Part shown: piece after piece, positions 1 through 10,752 of the stretch
How positions within the stretch are numbered: the stretch's first letter is position 1
Layout of the letters: each line of letters begins with the position of its first letter
From: an uncultured virus (IMG/VR IMGVR_UViG_3300005253_000330)
Taxonomy: Duplodnaviria > Heunggongvirae > Uroviricota > Caudoviricetes
Direction: 5' to 3' (one strand)
IMG/VR virus record: IMGVR_UViG_3300005253_000330
Length of the DNA stretch: 64,000 bases
Made by a program: the position numbers and the translations under genes
The notes under the pieces: model-generated
What the model was told of the DNA's origin: nothing
What the model saw: the letters and a program-made list of their open reading frames with translations, nothing else
Databases searched by the model: none

Positions 1-3000
1 GGCCCACAATTTAGGGTTCATGGATACGTCGGTGGAGAAAACACGTTTGGATATTTAAGGCAACTTAGTGACGGAGGTTTTGAAGTCTCAACCTCAGACA
101 ACTCGTATAACTTATCTTTATCCTCTGGCGGTACTTCGGTTATTGATATTGGGTATATTAGTGGAACTTCATATTACGCTAGGGTAGAAGAAAACCAGAT
201 TTTAACTTTCGGGAGCGATAGGGACTATTCAATTGGTTATCATACCGATGATGGTAGATTATTGTTTATGATTGGAAGTACTATCAGATCAAATACTTTT
301 GCAAGTATGGATTCAAATGGCATGTGGGGATTCGAGGGTCACGTGTCCATATATCATGGCACAGAGGTTCGGTTTTTCGATGTGGGAGATTCTAATTATG
401 TCGGGTTTAAAGCCCCAGCCCTAACATCTACCCAGGTGTATACCTGGCCGACTACCGATGGATCAGCAAATGAAGCATTAGGGACAAATGGAAGTGGTGG
501 CCTAATTTGGCGTACACACGATGAACTTGCAGATTTCACTCAAACCGAGCACTTTACTATGCTCGATGAAGATAATATGGCAAGTAATTCCAATACCCAG
601 GCAGCAACCCAACAAAGTATCGTAGCATACGTAGGTACTGCGGCCGGGTCAGAGAATTTAGGTTTTGCCGGGGATAGTGGAACAGGGAATGTAAACTTAA
701 ATACTCAAACATTTACGGTTTCTGGTACTGCAAATAGAATAACTACATCTGCTTCTGGTCAGACGCTTATAATTACCGGCCCACAGGATATCCATACCGG
801 GGCTAGTCCTACATTTAATGCTCTCAGCCTTGCGACAAATGTAACTTTCACTGGAGCGACTACAGAGAATCTTATTAAAATGCCCGATAATCTTCTTGAC
901 GCATTGAGTATACAGGAGGGGTCAAATAAGTATGTTACATTTGATACCGTAAATGACGAAGAGGATATACTATTTTATAAGTCCGTAGATATTTTACATA
1001 CCTCTACACACGCAGACGACCACGCCCTTGAAATAGACACAGACGCAGCAGGTTATGGGGATGTAAAAGCACTGGACATTGATTACATAACAGGAAATAT
1101 TACAGCAGGGGAAGATGAGGGTATTTTACTTATAAATATTGATAGAACCCTTGCTATTGGTGGAGATATATTTGCTTTAGAAGTCCTGGCGACTGACCAA
1201 GTAACAGGGAGCACAGGTATATATGGGTTAAAGATTGGTGCTGAGATTGGCCCAGTTCATCAAGATTCAGGAACTTTTGCCAATCCTACGAAGGGAACGG
1301 ATAATACAATAGGTTCCAGCGTCACTAAAACGTCTATCGGATTCACACAAAGCCCTGATACTATTACTGATTCAAGTAATGGATTCGGCAACTTTGTCGT
1401 AGGGGAGATTGTCGTTGTGACAGGGGCAACTACACCAGCAAATAACACTACTTATACAATTACAGTAGCTACAGTTGGTGCCCTAACTGTAACACCACAG
1501 CCTGATACGGTAGAGGACGATAGTGCATCGATTACAGTCGAAGGCAATGTGGCCATTATGCTTGACGGTAGTTTAGGGACTACTACAGACATCTTTGAAG
1601 CGAATGGTGAATACATACTTATAGGTGCTGCGGCAGCCTTTGAGGAAATAGAATTCATTGTCGCTACAGGTGCAAGTGGGGCAGGGATAAAACCGACATT
1701 CTGGTATTCAACAGCAGGTTCGCATACATTTACGCAATTCACCCCCGTTGACGGCACGGATGGCTTTAAGCACACGGGAGTAGTTGCTTGGGATCAGAGT
1801 GATTTATCTTCCCACGCTATTAATACTGATACTGGCACTTACGACATTAAGGTCATAAGAACAAGAAATAGTTTAACAACTTCGCCTGTCTTGGGATATG
1901 CCAAAACTGCTGCTACTACAGAATATATCTGGGATGAAAATGGTGATGTTAATATTAGAAATTTAATCATATCTGATGCTGGCAACATAGGCTCTGCATC
2001 TGATACCGATGCTATAGCCATAGCCTCTGGTGGGGAAGTAACTCTTTCTCAAACATTGATACTATCTGACGTTGTAGACGCAGCAACAGATACAGATAAG
2101 TTTTTAGTTTTAGATGGTTCTAATAATGTAGATTTTAGGACTGGGGCAAGTGTATTATCTGATATAGGTGCTCAATCTTCCGAGGAAGCAAATGTAATCC
2201 GAGACAACATCACCCTAAACGCTTGGCGGATTGCTACCCAGCACGCCCTTTCTGTCCTGAAAATGGAAGACGGGATAATAGATGTCTTCACAGACGAGAC
2301 AGGAATAGATACTGCGAATTGTATCAATCAGAGTTACAATTCCACTGGTGATTATTACGAACCAGTTGGAACAGGCGGGGATATTTTTAGTTATGTCCTT
2401 GACGTCGATAGCACTCGTGATAACACCGCAATGAGAACCATAATCCCTGCCAAAGATATAAGTGCCAGTGCCTCTATAGTAAAAGTTACTTTCGAGGCTC
2501 GGTCAGACATAGCCTTGGAGGTAATAAAGGCATATATCGGGCATCCAGCAGGAGCAGGAGACCCCTACGATTTTGACGGGAATCAAGTTGAACTTAAATT
2601 TGGTGGGGGTAGTGGTTTCAGTATCGGGGTAGGCGAGACAATAGTTTCCGATCAAACCACATTTGCTTTAGATAATTCCAAAAATATCATTATTTCTTTT
2701 GATACTGATACAGAAGGTAATATGCGACTAAAGATAACTGGTGATGGCGATTACAAAGGTTATTATAAATCAGCTACAGCAGAAGCCGAAGTAACTAATG
2801 TTACTGGATATACACTTAATAGTGGATGGCTCTCTTCCGTAAATAACATAGAAAGTATTACAGCGTTAGAAAATATGACCCTCATTTCTGAATCTTGGGA
2901 AGCAGAAGCAGAACCTACTGAATCGAGACTACAATTTCTGATGGAGGATGTGGATGCGGCGACAATCAACACAGATATTTTGGGTTATGTAAGTCTGGAT

Positions 3001-3180
3001 GACGGGGCTAATTGGGAAACAGTAACTCTTGTGGACGAGGGTGATTTCGAAACAGGTAAGAAAATAATCGCAGGAACGAAAACTTTGACGGACAGAAACG
3101 ACCAGACAATGGTCTATAAGATAGTCACCGCCAATAACAAACATATCAAAATTCACAGAACAGGGCAGTTCGTAAAGTAG
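1..3180 (+). CDS. Tail fibre/spike-like structural protein, 5'-partial, mosaic
   Basis: Frame 1 is open from base 1, upstream of the 262 call. Thr/Gly/Asp/Ser-rich beta-type modules typical of phage fibres; followed by ejection genes. Confidence 0.7.
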   Translation, partial: GPQFRVHGYVGGENTFGYLRQLSDGGFEVSTSDNSYNLSLSSGGTSVIDIGYISGTSYYARVEENQILTFGSDRDYSIGYHTDDGRLLFMIGSTIRSNTFASMDSNGMWGFEGHVSIYHGTEVRFFDVGDSNYVGFKAPALTSTQVYTWPTTDGSANEALGTNGSGGLIWRTHDELADFTQTEHFTMLDEDNMASNSNTQAATQQSIVAYVGTAAGSENLGFAGDSGTGNVNLNTQTFTVSGTANRITTSASGQTLIITGPQDIHTGASPTFNALSLATNVTFTGATTENLIKMPDNLLDALSIQEGSNKYVTFDTVNDEEDILFYKSVDILHTSTHADDHALEIDTDAAGYGDVKALDIDYITGNITAGEDEGILLINIDRTLAIGGDIFALEVLATDQVTGSTGIYGLKIGAEIGPVHQDSGTFANPTKGTDNTIGSSVTKTSIGFTQSPDTITDSSNGFGNFVVGEIVVVTGATTPANNTTYTITVATVGALTVTPQPDTVEDDSASITVEGNVAIMLDGSLGTTTDIFEANGEYILIGAAAAFEEIEFIVATGASGAGIKPTFWYSTAGSHTFTQFTPVDGTDGFKHTGVVAWDQSDLSSHAINTDTGTYDIKVIRTRNSLTTSPVLGYAKTAATTEYIWDENGDVNIRNLIISDAGNIGSASDTDAIAIASGGEVTLSQTLILSDVVDAATDTDKFLVLDGSNNVDFRTGASVLSDIGAQSSEEANVIRDNITLNAWRIATQHALSVLKMEDGIIDVFTDETGIDTANCINQSYNSTGDYYEPVGTGGDIFSYVLDVDSTRDNTAMRTIIPAKDISASASIVKVTFEARSDIALEVIKAYIGHPAGAGDPYDFDGNQVELKFGGGSGFSIGVGETIVSDQTTFALDNSKNIIISFDTDTEGNMRLKITGDGDYKGYYKSATAEAEVTNVTGYTLNSGWLSSVNNIESITALENMTLISESWEAEAEPTESRLQFLMEDVDAATINTDILGYVSLDDGANWETVTLVDEGDFETGKKIIAGTKTLTDRNDQTMVYKIVTANNKHIKIHRTGQFVK

Positions 3181-3188
3181 GAGATAAG

Positions 3189-3305
3189 ATGAGGGAAAGG
3201 ATACTTAGTGAAAAAGAACGAGCAAAGTTAAAAGAAACCAAAGAACTCAAAGAAAAGGTCAAAGAACTGGAGAAAAGAATAGAGAAATTAAAAGGAGGTA
3301 AATGA
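3189..3305 (+). CDS. 38-aa coiled-coil peptide (MRERILSEKERAKLKETKELKEKVKELEKRIEKLKGGK)
   Basis: SD AGGAGA upstream; ATGA overlap with the next gene; heptad pattern. Confidence 0.5.
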   Translation: MRERILSEKERAKLKETKELKEKVKELEKRIEKLKGGK

Positions 3306-4180
3306 TGAATTTTATTAAACGAGTAAGAAAGGAAATGATAAGTTTTATTAAATTAGCATTAACTTATCTTGATGGTGAGAGTGGGATAATAAATCCCTAT
3401 ACCACTGGGGGTGGGGCCAGAATTGGCTATACTTGGACTGGAACAGGGTGGAAGAAAAAACCGACAGCACCAACAGCACCAACCCCAAAACCAGTAAGTG
3501 CCATCCCCGAAGCCACCGCAGCAATGCAAGTAACTCAGCAGAGAGCGGCAGAGGACAGGGCAAAGGCATTAGCAGAAATAAGAATGGGACAACAGCAAGC
3601 CCAACAGGCTATGCAATCTCAACAACAGCAAGCAACGGCGGCTTGGCAGACCCAACAGCAGCAAGCAATGGCCGCTATGCAGCCCTGGCAACAGCAAGTC
3701 CAAGCCCTGCAAGCCGCACCAGAAGCCATCGGAGCACCAGAAGCCGCACAGATATTTGAAGCAGGCAGAACACCTGTTGAGGCAGGAACGCAAGCAATGA
3801 TGAGGGGAATGCAGGAGCAATATGCTCCCGGGGGATTTCGACGTGGAGCGATGCAACAAGCTATGCAGTCCCAAATAGGGCAATTGGGCGGAATGAGACA
3901 GCAGATCGCATTAGAAAGAACTTTAAGACGAAGGCAGGACTTAATGTCACTTATGGGTCAACAGGCTGGATATGGACAAGCAATGGCAGGATTAGGCGTT
4001 CAAAGAGCAGCAGGTCTTAGTGGGATTTTTGGACGAACAGGAGCAGGAATGGCTGACATCTTCGGAACAGGAGCAAGGAGTCTCGCTCAGATTTACGGCC
4101 AAACAATCACCGCAGTTCCTCAAATGCAAGGGTATGCGACTACCCCCTTCCAATCACCATATCCCTACCGACAAGGATAA
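3302..4180 (+). CDS. Putative DNA-ejection/pilot internal virion protein
   Basis: Gln/Ala/Gly-rich helical protein directly after the tail genes; SD AGGAGG. Confidence 0.55.
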   Translation: MMNFIKRVRKEMISFIKLALTYLDGESGIINPYTTGGGARIGYTWTGTGWKKKPTAPTAPTPKPVSAIPEATAAMQVTQQRAAEDRAKALAEIRMGQQQAQQAMQSQQQQATAAWQTQQQQAMAAMQPWQQQVQALQAAPEAIGAPEAAQIFEAGRTPVEAGTQAMMRGMQEQYAPGGFRRGAMQQAMQSQIGQLGGMRQQIALERTLRRRQDLMSLMGQQAGYGQAMAGLGVQRAAGLSGIFGRTGAGMADIFGTGARSLAQIYGQTITAVPQMQGYATTPFQSPYPYRQG

Positions 4181-4185
4181 ATCAA

Positions 4186-4737
4186 ATGCCTAAAGGAATG
4201 CAAGGTTTTCAAAAAGGACATCCAGTTTTTAAGGGTGCAGAAAAAGGATGGTTTAAGAAAGGTCATATGCCTTGGTGTAATGGAACAAAAATAGATAAAG
4301 ACAAATATCCAAATACTGGATTTCAAGAAGGGCATCCTGATTATCTTTCCTCTGAAACTCGCAAAAGAGTGGGTGAAAAACAAAAGGGAAAGGGTAATCC
4401 TATGTATGGAAAGAAGCCGGGGCATAAAAAAAGAGTCTACTACAAGGGAATTTGTATGCGTTCTACTTGGGAAGTGAACATTGCCAAATGGTTAGATAAA
4501 CAAGGTTGGCCTTGGGAATACGAAAATAAGAGATTTATTCTCAAAAACAGAACTTATTGCCCTGACTTTTACCTTCCCAGTAAAAACATTTATTGGGAAC
4601 TCAAGGGATGGTTTTGTGAAGAAGACCAAGAGACAATTAAACAGTTCAGAGAGTTATATCCTAAAGAACATTTAATAGTTATTACAGAATTTATTTATAA
4701 AATGATTACGGAGGTGCAATTATGCCATTTGGAATAG
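4186..4737 (+). CDS. Free-standing homing endonuclease-like protein (NUMOD3-type repeats + PD-(D/E)XK domain)
   Basis: GFQKGHP/FKKGH repeats and GNPMYGK, then MRSTWE...WEYE...YCPDFYL...WELKG. Confidence 0.75.
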   Translation: MPKGMQGFQKGHPVFKGAEKGWFKKGHMPWCNGTKIDKDKYPNTGFQEGHPDYLSSETRKRVGEKQKGKGNPMYGKKPGHKKRVYYKGICMRSTWEVNIAKWLDKQGWPWEYENKRFILKNRTYCPDFYLPSKNIYWELKGWFCEEDQETIKQFRELYPKEHLIVITEFIYKMITEVQLCHLE

Positions 4738-5540
4738 ACCCCAATACTTTAGCCCTATCGCCCGGGCAAGTCTTAACAGACGAAGCCCGCCGCCGACAGG
4801 AAACCCTACAACGAGAACAGATGCAAAAGCAATTCGCCATCGCCCAAAGAAGGATAACAGCACAGCAAAGAGCCACCGAGATGCAGAGACAAGCAAGAAC
4901 CCAGCAGTATGGACTTCAGAGGAACATAGCAGAGGCGAGAATCAGAGAACAGCAAGCGGGCAGGACCTCAAAGGAAAAGATGTTTGGCGAAGCAATGGAA
5001 GCAGAAAGAACAGGTAAAATGACAAAGTTCAGCAGGGATGTTTATTTAAGAGCCTTGAGTGAGGGCTTTATGCCTGAAGCAGAATCACCTTCAATGATGC
5101 CAGGAGTAGAGGGGATGCCTTCCTTAGTTGCACCACCTACAATAACCGAAGAACAAAGAGCAGGGTTGGCTGGAAAGGCAGGGCTTGAACCATCTGGATT
5201 AACAGAAAAGGCAAGACTAAGATATGCGAGACCACTAAAAACACGAATTGAAATGACCCCCAGAGAAATAAAAATATGGGAGTCTAAAGGATGGATGCAG
5301 GGGCCGGGCAAAAGATGGATATCACCAGTAAAACTAAAAGAGACCTTTTTAGACACATTGCCCCCCAAAGAACGCCCAAAGACCTTTTTCGGAAAACTTG
5401 AAACCAATGATGTAACTTGGTTCATTATGCAGAAAATGAGCACTTATGAAGATTTACAAGATTTGATGCGTAATCGAAAAGCCTACGAAAAGCAAGGTGT
5501 AAATGTTCGCTACATTCTAAATTATTTTAGGAAAGAATAA
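4722..5540 (+). CDS. Putative internal virion (ejection) protein
   Basis: Gln/Arg-rich helical N-half; lies between the pilot-like and large ejection genes. Confidence 0.5.
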   Translation: MPFGIDPNTLALSPGQVLTDEARRRQETLQREQMQKQFAIAQRRITAQQRATEMQRQARTQQYGLQRNIAEARIREQQAGRTSKEKMFGEAMEAERTGKMTKFSRDVYLRALSEGFMPEAESPSMMPGVEGMPSLVAPPTITEEQRAGLAGKAGLEPSGLTEKARLRYARPLKTRIEMTPREIKIWESKGWMQGPGKRWISPVKLKETFLDTLPPKERPKTFFGKLETNDVTWFIMQKMSTYEDLQDLMRNRKAYEKQGVNVRYILNYFRKE

Positions 5541-8500
5541 TGGCTCTAAAACTGCTGGAAGGCTATATCCCGGAAGAAGAAAAGAAGAAGTTACGGCTTC
5601 TTAGCGACTATGAACCGACTATGCCTATTCGACCACCCATAGAAGAACCCACCCAACCCTTTACTCCTACCGAACCATCCCCCTTTGCCAGAGTCAAAGA
5701 ATTATTCCAGAGACCAGAAATAATGCAAGCAATCAAAGCACCATTGGAGTTAAGATTGGGTGTTGGCCCAAGCGTGGAACTTGTAGGTAGAAAGGCATTG
5801 GAATATTGGCATCGTGCCTCAACAGCAACATTGAGTGCCTTAGAAGCACAAGCAGTAAGCACTACAAAACCTTGGGCCAAGAAACCTATTTTACCTGCTC
5901 TTAGAAGTGGCTGGAGATTAGAAGTTCCAGAAGAAGAGTTAAGTGAATCATTGGTTACTGCTATGGGATTATCCCCCACAGAAGCAATAGGATTTAAGCC
6001 TACTGCCCAGCGAGTAGGCAGGGAATTTTTAAAGGCTTGGTATCAAACTTACGGAACTGACCCTGTAATATTCGCTTTGAATGTAAAAGCGTTGCCTGCT
6101 GCCAGAAAAATAGCACTATTTAATAAAGCGGTTAACATAGCAGGCAAAAAAGGAGCGGAAGTTTTGGCTACAGTTCGGCCTGATATATCTCCCAAAATAG
6201 CAGAACGATTCTTTAAAACTTTAGCCCGAAACACTATGGGAAGGCAGATGGCTATTGCCAAAGTCAACCTAAAAGGCGTTAAGACAAGTGAATTAAAAAG
6301 ACTAATAAGAACCCTTAAAACTATAAAACCCATACCGCCTGCTCCCAAAATAGCACCACCCATTCCACCCACCAAAGCAATAGTTCCTGTTAGACCTCCT
6401 GTAACCCCACCTGCTCCACCCGTCACTCCACCGATTACTCCAGTAGCAAGACCCCCAGTAACTCCCCCAGCAGTCCCACCAGTTGCACCTGAAGTTGCAA
6501 TCCCCAAAGAACTTGAACCATTGGCAGTAGAAGCGAGGAAGTATAAGAGTGCGGAGGAATTTTATTCCAAGATTAAAGATACTCTAACGAGAGAAAATTT
6601 CAAAAACTTATCAAGAGGTGGATTTGGAAGCATATGGGGGGTTCGGGAGCAAAGAATGCCATCAGAAGTTCTCAAATCCTTCTACCAACAAGCAATAAAG
6701 GGTATGCCTACCCCTAAAGAACCATTTAAACCCGCTGTGGCTAAACCTGGTGAGGCTGTGAGGGTGTTTGAGGCAGGATTACCAGAGGAACAAAAACTAT
6801 TAGAATTTAAAAAGATGCTAAAAGGAGAGGGTTTTGTCACATATCCCGCCTCTCCCGCATTGAAACGGTTTATTCGGGGTCTTCCTGAAAATGTAGTTAA
6901 AAGAGAAGCGATAGCAGAATACGAAAGAGTCTTTAAAGTTTTTGCCAAGAAGCCATCTCCTGCTGTATTTAAAAAACGTATTCGTTCTGTAACAGGCTTA
7001 GAACCAAGTCCCTTTGTTCCAGTTAGAAAAGATATTTTATTAAAAGAACGAGTGCGAGCAGAAGCAAGGGGCGCAAGGTTTGGAGAACTTGAAGGTAGAA
7101 GGCAAAAACAGGTTGTTATAAATGACATCCGTGCTAAACAAAGAGGTATTCAAGAAATTAAAACCGATGCGATTACTTATCTCAATCAAAACCTTGGACT
7201 AAAAGATAGGGGCAAATTCTTAGTCGCTGTCAGAGATGTTAAAAAATCAGAAGAATTGGTTACTATTATAAACAGGGCAGAAGCAGTAAGCGCACAAACA
7301 GGACGACGTTTTGCTATTGATGCCCTTAAAAGAGAATCCAAACGAACCAGAAAAATACTTGCTATTGGAAGAAGAAAAAAAGGAAAACCGAGGATATCCG
7401 TAGAAGCTCAAGATAGATTAAGGGGCATTATTGACAATTTAACCCAGTTCAAGCCCGGCGGAGAAAAGCAAAGAGCCATAGAAATGGCCTCCACTTTTTA
7501 CGCCACCCATCCCGATCAAGCAATGCCACCCGAGTTAAAGAAAAAGGTTTACGATTTAAGCAGGGCGAATATCTCTGAAATGTCCACCGAGGAAATTAAA
7601 CAACTTACTAAAGACATCCGATCAATAAGAGAATCGGGAAGAACGGCATTAGAAGTAAAAGAAGAGGCCCGATTACAGATATTGGAGCGCAATAAGTCGG
7701 GGCTTATTACCAGTATAAATAGGCATAGCATAAAAAAGCCCGAAGTAGTAGAACCGGGAAAGGTTCTTACTCCCGCAGAACGCAGAAAGAGTAAATTTGT
7801 CCGGTTGAAAGAGAGTCTCAATAGGGCTACCTTTGAACTAAAAATACCTTCCTTTATTACTGACGCTTTGGATGGATATAAAATGTTTCCAGTTTTGGGT
7901 AAAGCCCACCAGTTAATATCGGCCCCGATAAATAAAGCATCAGATTTAGAAGAAAGCGGAATATCCCAAATAAATAAAAAGGTGGCCCAAATTCTTTCTC
8001 CTCTGGGTAAGAAAGCAAGTTGGTATTTAGGCCAAGAAGAGACTATTTTGGGACGGGAGTTCACTAAAGAAAATATGTGGGCAATATATGCAAACAGTAA
8101 AAATGCTTCTAATAGAGCCACTTTAACTGAAGATTGGGGATACAATTTTTCTGAGGAATTAGTTAATGAGATTGTATCAAAAGTAAACCCCAGAGATAAA
8201 CGAATGGTAGATAGGATAATGAAAGAGGTCGTCGAGGACATCTACCCGGAAACGGTCAGAGTAACGCAGGAGTATAGTGGATTTACCCCTAAGACGGTGA
8301 AAGATTATTGGATGATTATGGGGGACAAAGAACTTTCTGATAGAGTTCTTATGCGGGAAAAAGAAAAAGATTTACTTGCTGATGTTTGGAAAAAGACCTC
8401 TATGGACTTGGGTTCAGTAAAAGAGCGAGTAGGGCGCTCGGGAGCACCAGACCTTAGTTTCTTCAGGGTATTAAAAAGGCATACAACCGAAACTATCCAT

Positions 8501-9847
8501 TTTAATACTCACGCTTTAGCAGTAAGGAATGTTCAAGAAGTTATTAATGATCCAACAGTAAAAGAAGCAATGATTAACTCTATAGGAAAAGGCGGATATA
8601 ATGCCCTTAAATCTTCTCTTTCAGATGTGGCCAATCCCAAGAAAACCCCGGCAAGTTGGCTTGAGTCAAGGGCGAAGGGGTTAAGGAGGAACTCCACTGC
8701 TGTAATGCTTGGAATAAAAGTTTCCGTTTCTCTTCTTCAAGGTGGCTCTATCTTCCAGACTATTTACCGGACAGGATTGCCAAATACTCTTTGGGGAATA
8801 AAAACCTATTGGAAAAATCCCAGAGTGGCGGATAGATTCATTTATGAACATTCCCCAGCACAGAAATATAGAAGACGTAGTTTTGACAGAGAACTTAAAG
8901 AGTTAATAGACGGGATGGATTGGCTGGGTAAATTGCCCGGAGCAAGAAATTTGGTTTTTTCTATGATACAGGGAGTTGACCATATTACTACGATGCCTTC
9001 TTGGCTATCGGCATATCATCAAGCAGAAAAAAGAAGGTTATCTCTTGAAAATATCATTGCTCACGCTGACGACATAGTGGAAAAAACCCAGCCTACGGGA
9101 AGAATAAAAGCCCTTGCAAAAATAATGAGGGGTAGTGAGTTCCAGCATTGGTTTACGATGTTTTACACTTTTTTCAGTAATGCTTATAACAATATGTCTC
9201 ACGCAGGGGGAAAATTCAGATACCGAGTTGCAAAAGGGGAGATAAAGGAAAGAGTGTTGTCCTTTGCGGAATTTTCAAGGGCTTATTTCTGGTTGCTTAT
9301 TATGACAGGTCTTTATGCAGCGATGGTTAGAAAGCCTCGCAAGTTTTTTACCAGAGATTGGGGTAGAGAAAAAATGACTTATCTGGCAAAGTCTATCGGT
9401 TCTTATGCTTTGGGAACAATTCCTTTTGTTAGAGATATTGGCAATGTGATTATCAATCCTCAATTTGATTTTACTGGTTCTCCAGTATTTGGGGTCGGGA
9501 AAGAAGCCAAAATTTTAGCCCAAAAAAGAGCCAAGACCATCGAGGGGATACAGAAACAAAAGGAACGAAAACTCAAGGCTGGAACTATGATTGGCGGATA
9601 TTTAACAGGGTTTCCATCAGGACAAGCCATTATTACTGTGGGGGGAGCAATAGATTTGTGGGAAGGCAATACCACTAATCCTCTGAGGCTGTTCTTGAGT
9701 GAGTGGGCTCTTGAAGGAGAAAAAGAAAAACCCTCAGCCGTCTTCAAACCCTATAAGCCAGCAGTCTACAAACCCACTACATTAAAAAGACCCACTCCGA
9801 GTGGGGGCAGAGGATTAAGATTGCTCGAAGGTTATACTGGAGAATGA
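5540..9847 (+). CDS. Large internal virion/DNA-ejection protein (1435 aa)
   Basis: Size, position before the lysis genes, Pro-rich linker, helical C-half with hydrophobic segments. Confidence 0.6.
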   Translation: MALKLLEGYIPEEEKKKLRLLSDYEPTMPIRPPIEEPTQPFTPTEPSPFARVKELFQRPEIMQAIKAPLELRLGVGPSVELVGRKALEYWHRASTATLSALEAQAVSTTKPWAKKPILPALRSGWRLEVPEEELSESLVTAMGLSPTEAIGFKPTAQRVGREFLKAWYQTYGTDPVIFALNVKALPAARKIALFNKAVNIAGKKGAEVLATVRPDISPKIAERFFKTLARNTMGRQMAIAKVNLKGVKTSELKRLIRTLKTIKPIPPAPKIAPPIPPTKAIVPVRPPVTPPAPPVTPPITPVARPPVTPPAVPPVAPEVAIPKELEPLAVEARKYKSAEEFYSKIKDTLTRENFKNLSRGGFGSIWGVREQRMPSEVLKSFYQQAIKGMPTPKEPFKPAVAKPGEAVRVFEAGLPEEQKLLEFKKMLKGEGFVTYPASPALKRFIRGLPENVVKREAIAEYERVFKVFAKKPSPAVFKKRIRSVTGLEPSPFVPVRKDILLKERVRAEARGARFGELEGRRQKQVVINDIRAKQRGIQEIKTDAITYLNQNLGLKDRGKFLVAVRDVKKSEELVTIINRAEAVSAQTGRRFAIDALKRESKRTRKILAIGRRKKGKPRISVEAQDRLRGIIDNLTQFKPGGEKQRAIEMASTFYATHPDQAMPPELKKKVYDLSRANISEMSTEEIKQLTKDIRSIRESGRTALEVKEEARLQILERNKSGLITSINRHSIKKPEVVEPGKVLTPAERRKSKFVRLKESLNRATFELKIPSFITDALDGYKMFPVLGKAHQLISAPINKASDLEESGISQINKKVAQILSPLGKKASWYLGQEETILGREFTKENMWAIYANSKNASNRATLTEDWGYNFSEELVNEIVSKVNPRDKRMVDRIMKEVVEDIYPETVRVTQEYSGFTPKTVKDYWMIMGDKELSDRVLMREKEKDLLADVWKKTSMDLGSVKERVGRSGAPDLSFFRVLKRHTTETIHFNTHALAVRNVQEVINDPTVKEAMINSIGKGGYNALKSSLSDVANPKKTPASWLESRAKGLRRNSTAVMLGIKVSVSLLQGGSIFQTIYRTGLPNTLWGIKTYWKNPRVADRFIYEHSPAQKYRRRSFDRELKELIDGMDWLGKLPGARNLVFSMIQGVDHITTMPSWLSAYHQAEKRRLSLENIIAHADDIVEKTQPTGRIKALAKIMRGSEFQHWFTMFYTFFSNAYNNMSHAGGKFRYRVAKGEIKERVLSFAEFSRAYFWLLIMTGLYAAMVRKPRKFFTRDWGREKMTYLAKSIGSYALGTIPFVRDIGNVIINPQFDFTGSPVFGVGKEAKILAQKRAKTIEGIQKQKERKLKAGTMIGGYLTGFPSGQAIITVGGAIDLWEGNTTNPLRLFLSEWALEGEKEKPSAVFKPYKPAVYKPTTLKRPTPSGGRGLRLLEGYTGE

Positions 9848-9935
9848 AGATAAACAAATTCCCCATAATAAAAGAAGCCTATGAAAAAGCGAAGGAGAGA
9901 AAAACCTATGAAAATCTGCAAAGAAGGAGGACATT

Positions 9936-10133
9936 GTGCCAAATAATTCAAACAACGCCTTCAGACCCAAGACAGCCTTCCAAGGTTGGATCTATTCAGA
10001 AATCAAGAATATAAAAGCGTTGTTCAACAACCATTTGACAGAACATAAAGTCTTGTCTGGGCGGATATTTGCTTTTTTAGTTGCTATTTTATTGGGTATT
10101 TTAGGAATTTTGGGAAGGATGTTGTTTAAATGA
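9936..10133 (+). CDS. Small membrane protein, possible holin
   Basis: One C-terminal hydrophobic helix; SD AGGAGG; immediately upstream of the endolysin. Confidence 0.45.
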   Translation: MPNNSNNAFRPKTAFQGWIYSEIKNIKALFNNHLTEHKVLSGRIFAFLVAILLGILGILGRMLFK

Positions 10134-10492
10134 TAAATGACATTAAGGTTAGCCGAAACTTCAAACTTTACGAACTCGAATCACCAGATACCCACGAAGT
10201 CAAAATAGACAAAAGAATGCTCAGTATAATCCAAACGATACGGGACTACTTTCAAAAACCAGTAATTATCACGAGTGGCTATCGCACAAAAGAACATAAT
10301 CGAGCAGTCGGCGGAGTTGATAATAGTTACCACACGCAAGGCAAAGCAGTGGATTTCTTCATCAAGGGAATTAAACCAAAAGAACTTTTGAGAGTATCGG
10401 AATACTGCGGGGCAACAGGTCTGGGATTTTATCGGGGTCGCCACTTCATCCACATAGATATCGGAAAAAGAAGGAGTTGGGTTAAAGGTTAA
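10130..10492 (+). CDS. Peptidase M15A-family endolysin
   Basis: SRNFKLYE, ITSGYR...HN..VGG...SYHTQGKAVD, FIHID zinc-binding motifs. Confidence 0.9.
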   Translation: MINDIKVSRNFKLYELESPDTHEVKIDKRMLSIIQTIRDYFQKPVIITSGYRTKEHNRAVGGVDNSYHTQGKAVDFFIKGIKPKELLRVSEYCGATGLGFYRGRHFIHIDIGKRRSWVKG

Positions 10493-10497
10493 ATAAA

Positions 10498-10731
10498 ATG
10501 GGTAGAATAATCATTATTATATTACTGGTATTCCTTATTAGTGGGTGCGCCTACCGAGGAACGATAGTCAATACTGAAGACGGAATGACAGCAGAAAGCA
10601 ATCGCCCGATGGAACTTTCAAAGACCATAGATAAAGACGGGAATATTACTATTGCATATTCCAGCAGGAAATCAAGAGGGTGGCTGGAAAACATTCTGAC
10701 CATAATCGGATTAAGGGCAGTGAGGGAGTGA
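10498..10731 (+). CDS. Lipoprotein, possible spanin component
   Basis: Hydrophobic leader with LISG-C lipobox, directly after the endolysin. Confidence 0.55.
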   Translation: MGRIIIIILLVFLISGCAYRGTIVNTEDGMTAESNRPMELSKTIDKDGNITIAYSSRKSRGWLENILTIIGLRAVRE

Positions 10732-10752
10732 ACAGATAAAAAAGGAATTTAA

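Noticed and set aside
6330..6500. Pro-rich PPVTP repeats, also Gln-rich 3580-3700 and Asp/Glu-rich 47080-47300
   Set aside because: Protein-level low-complexity linkers with diverged codons, not DNA repeat elements.
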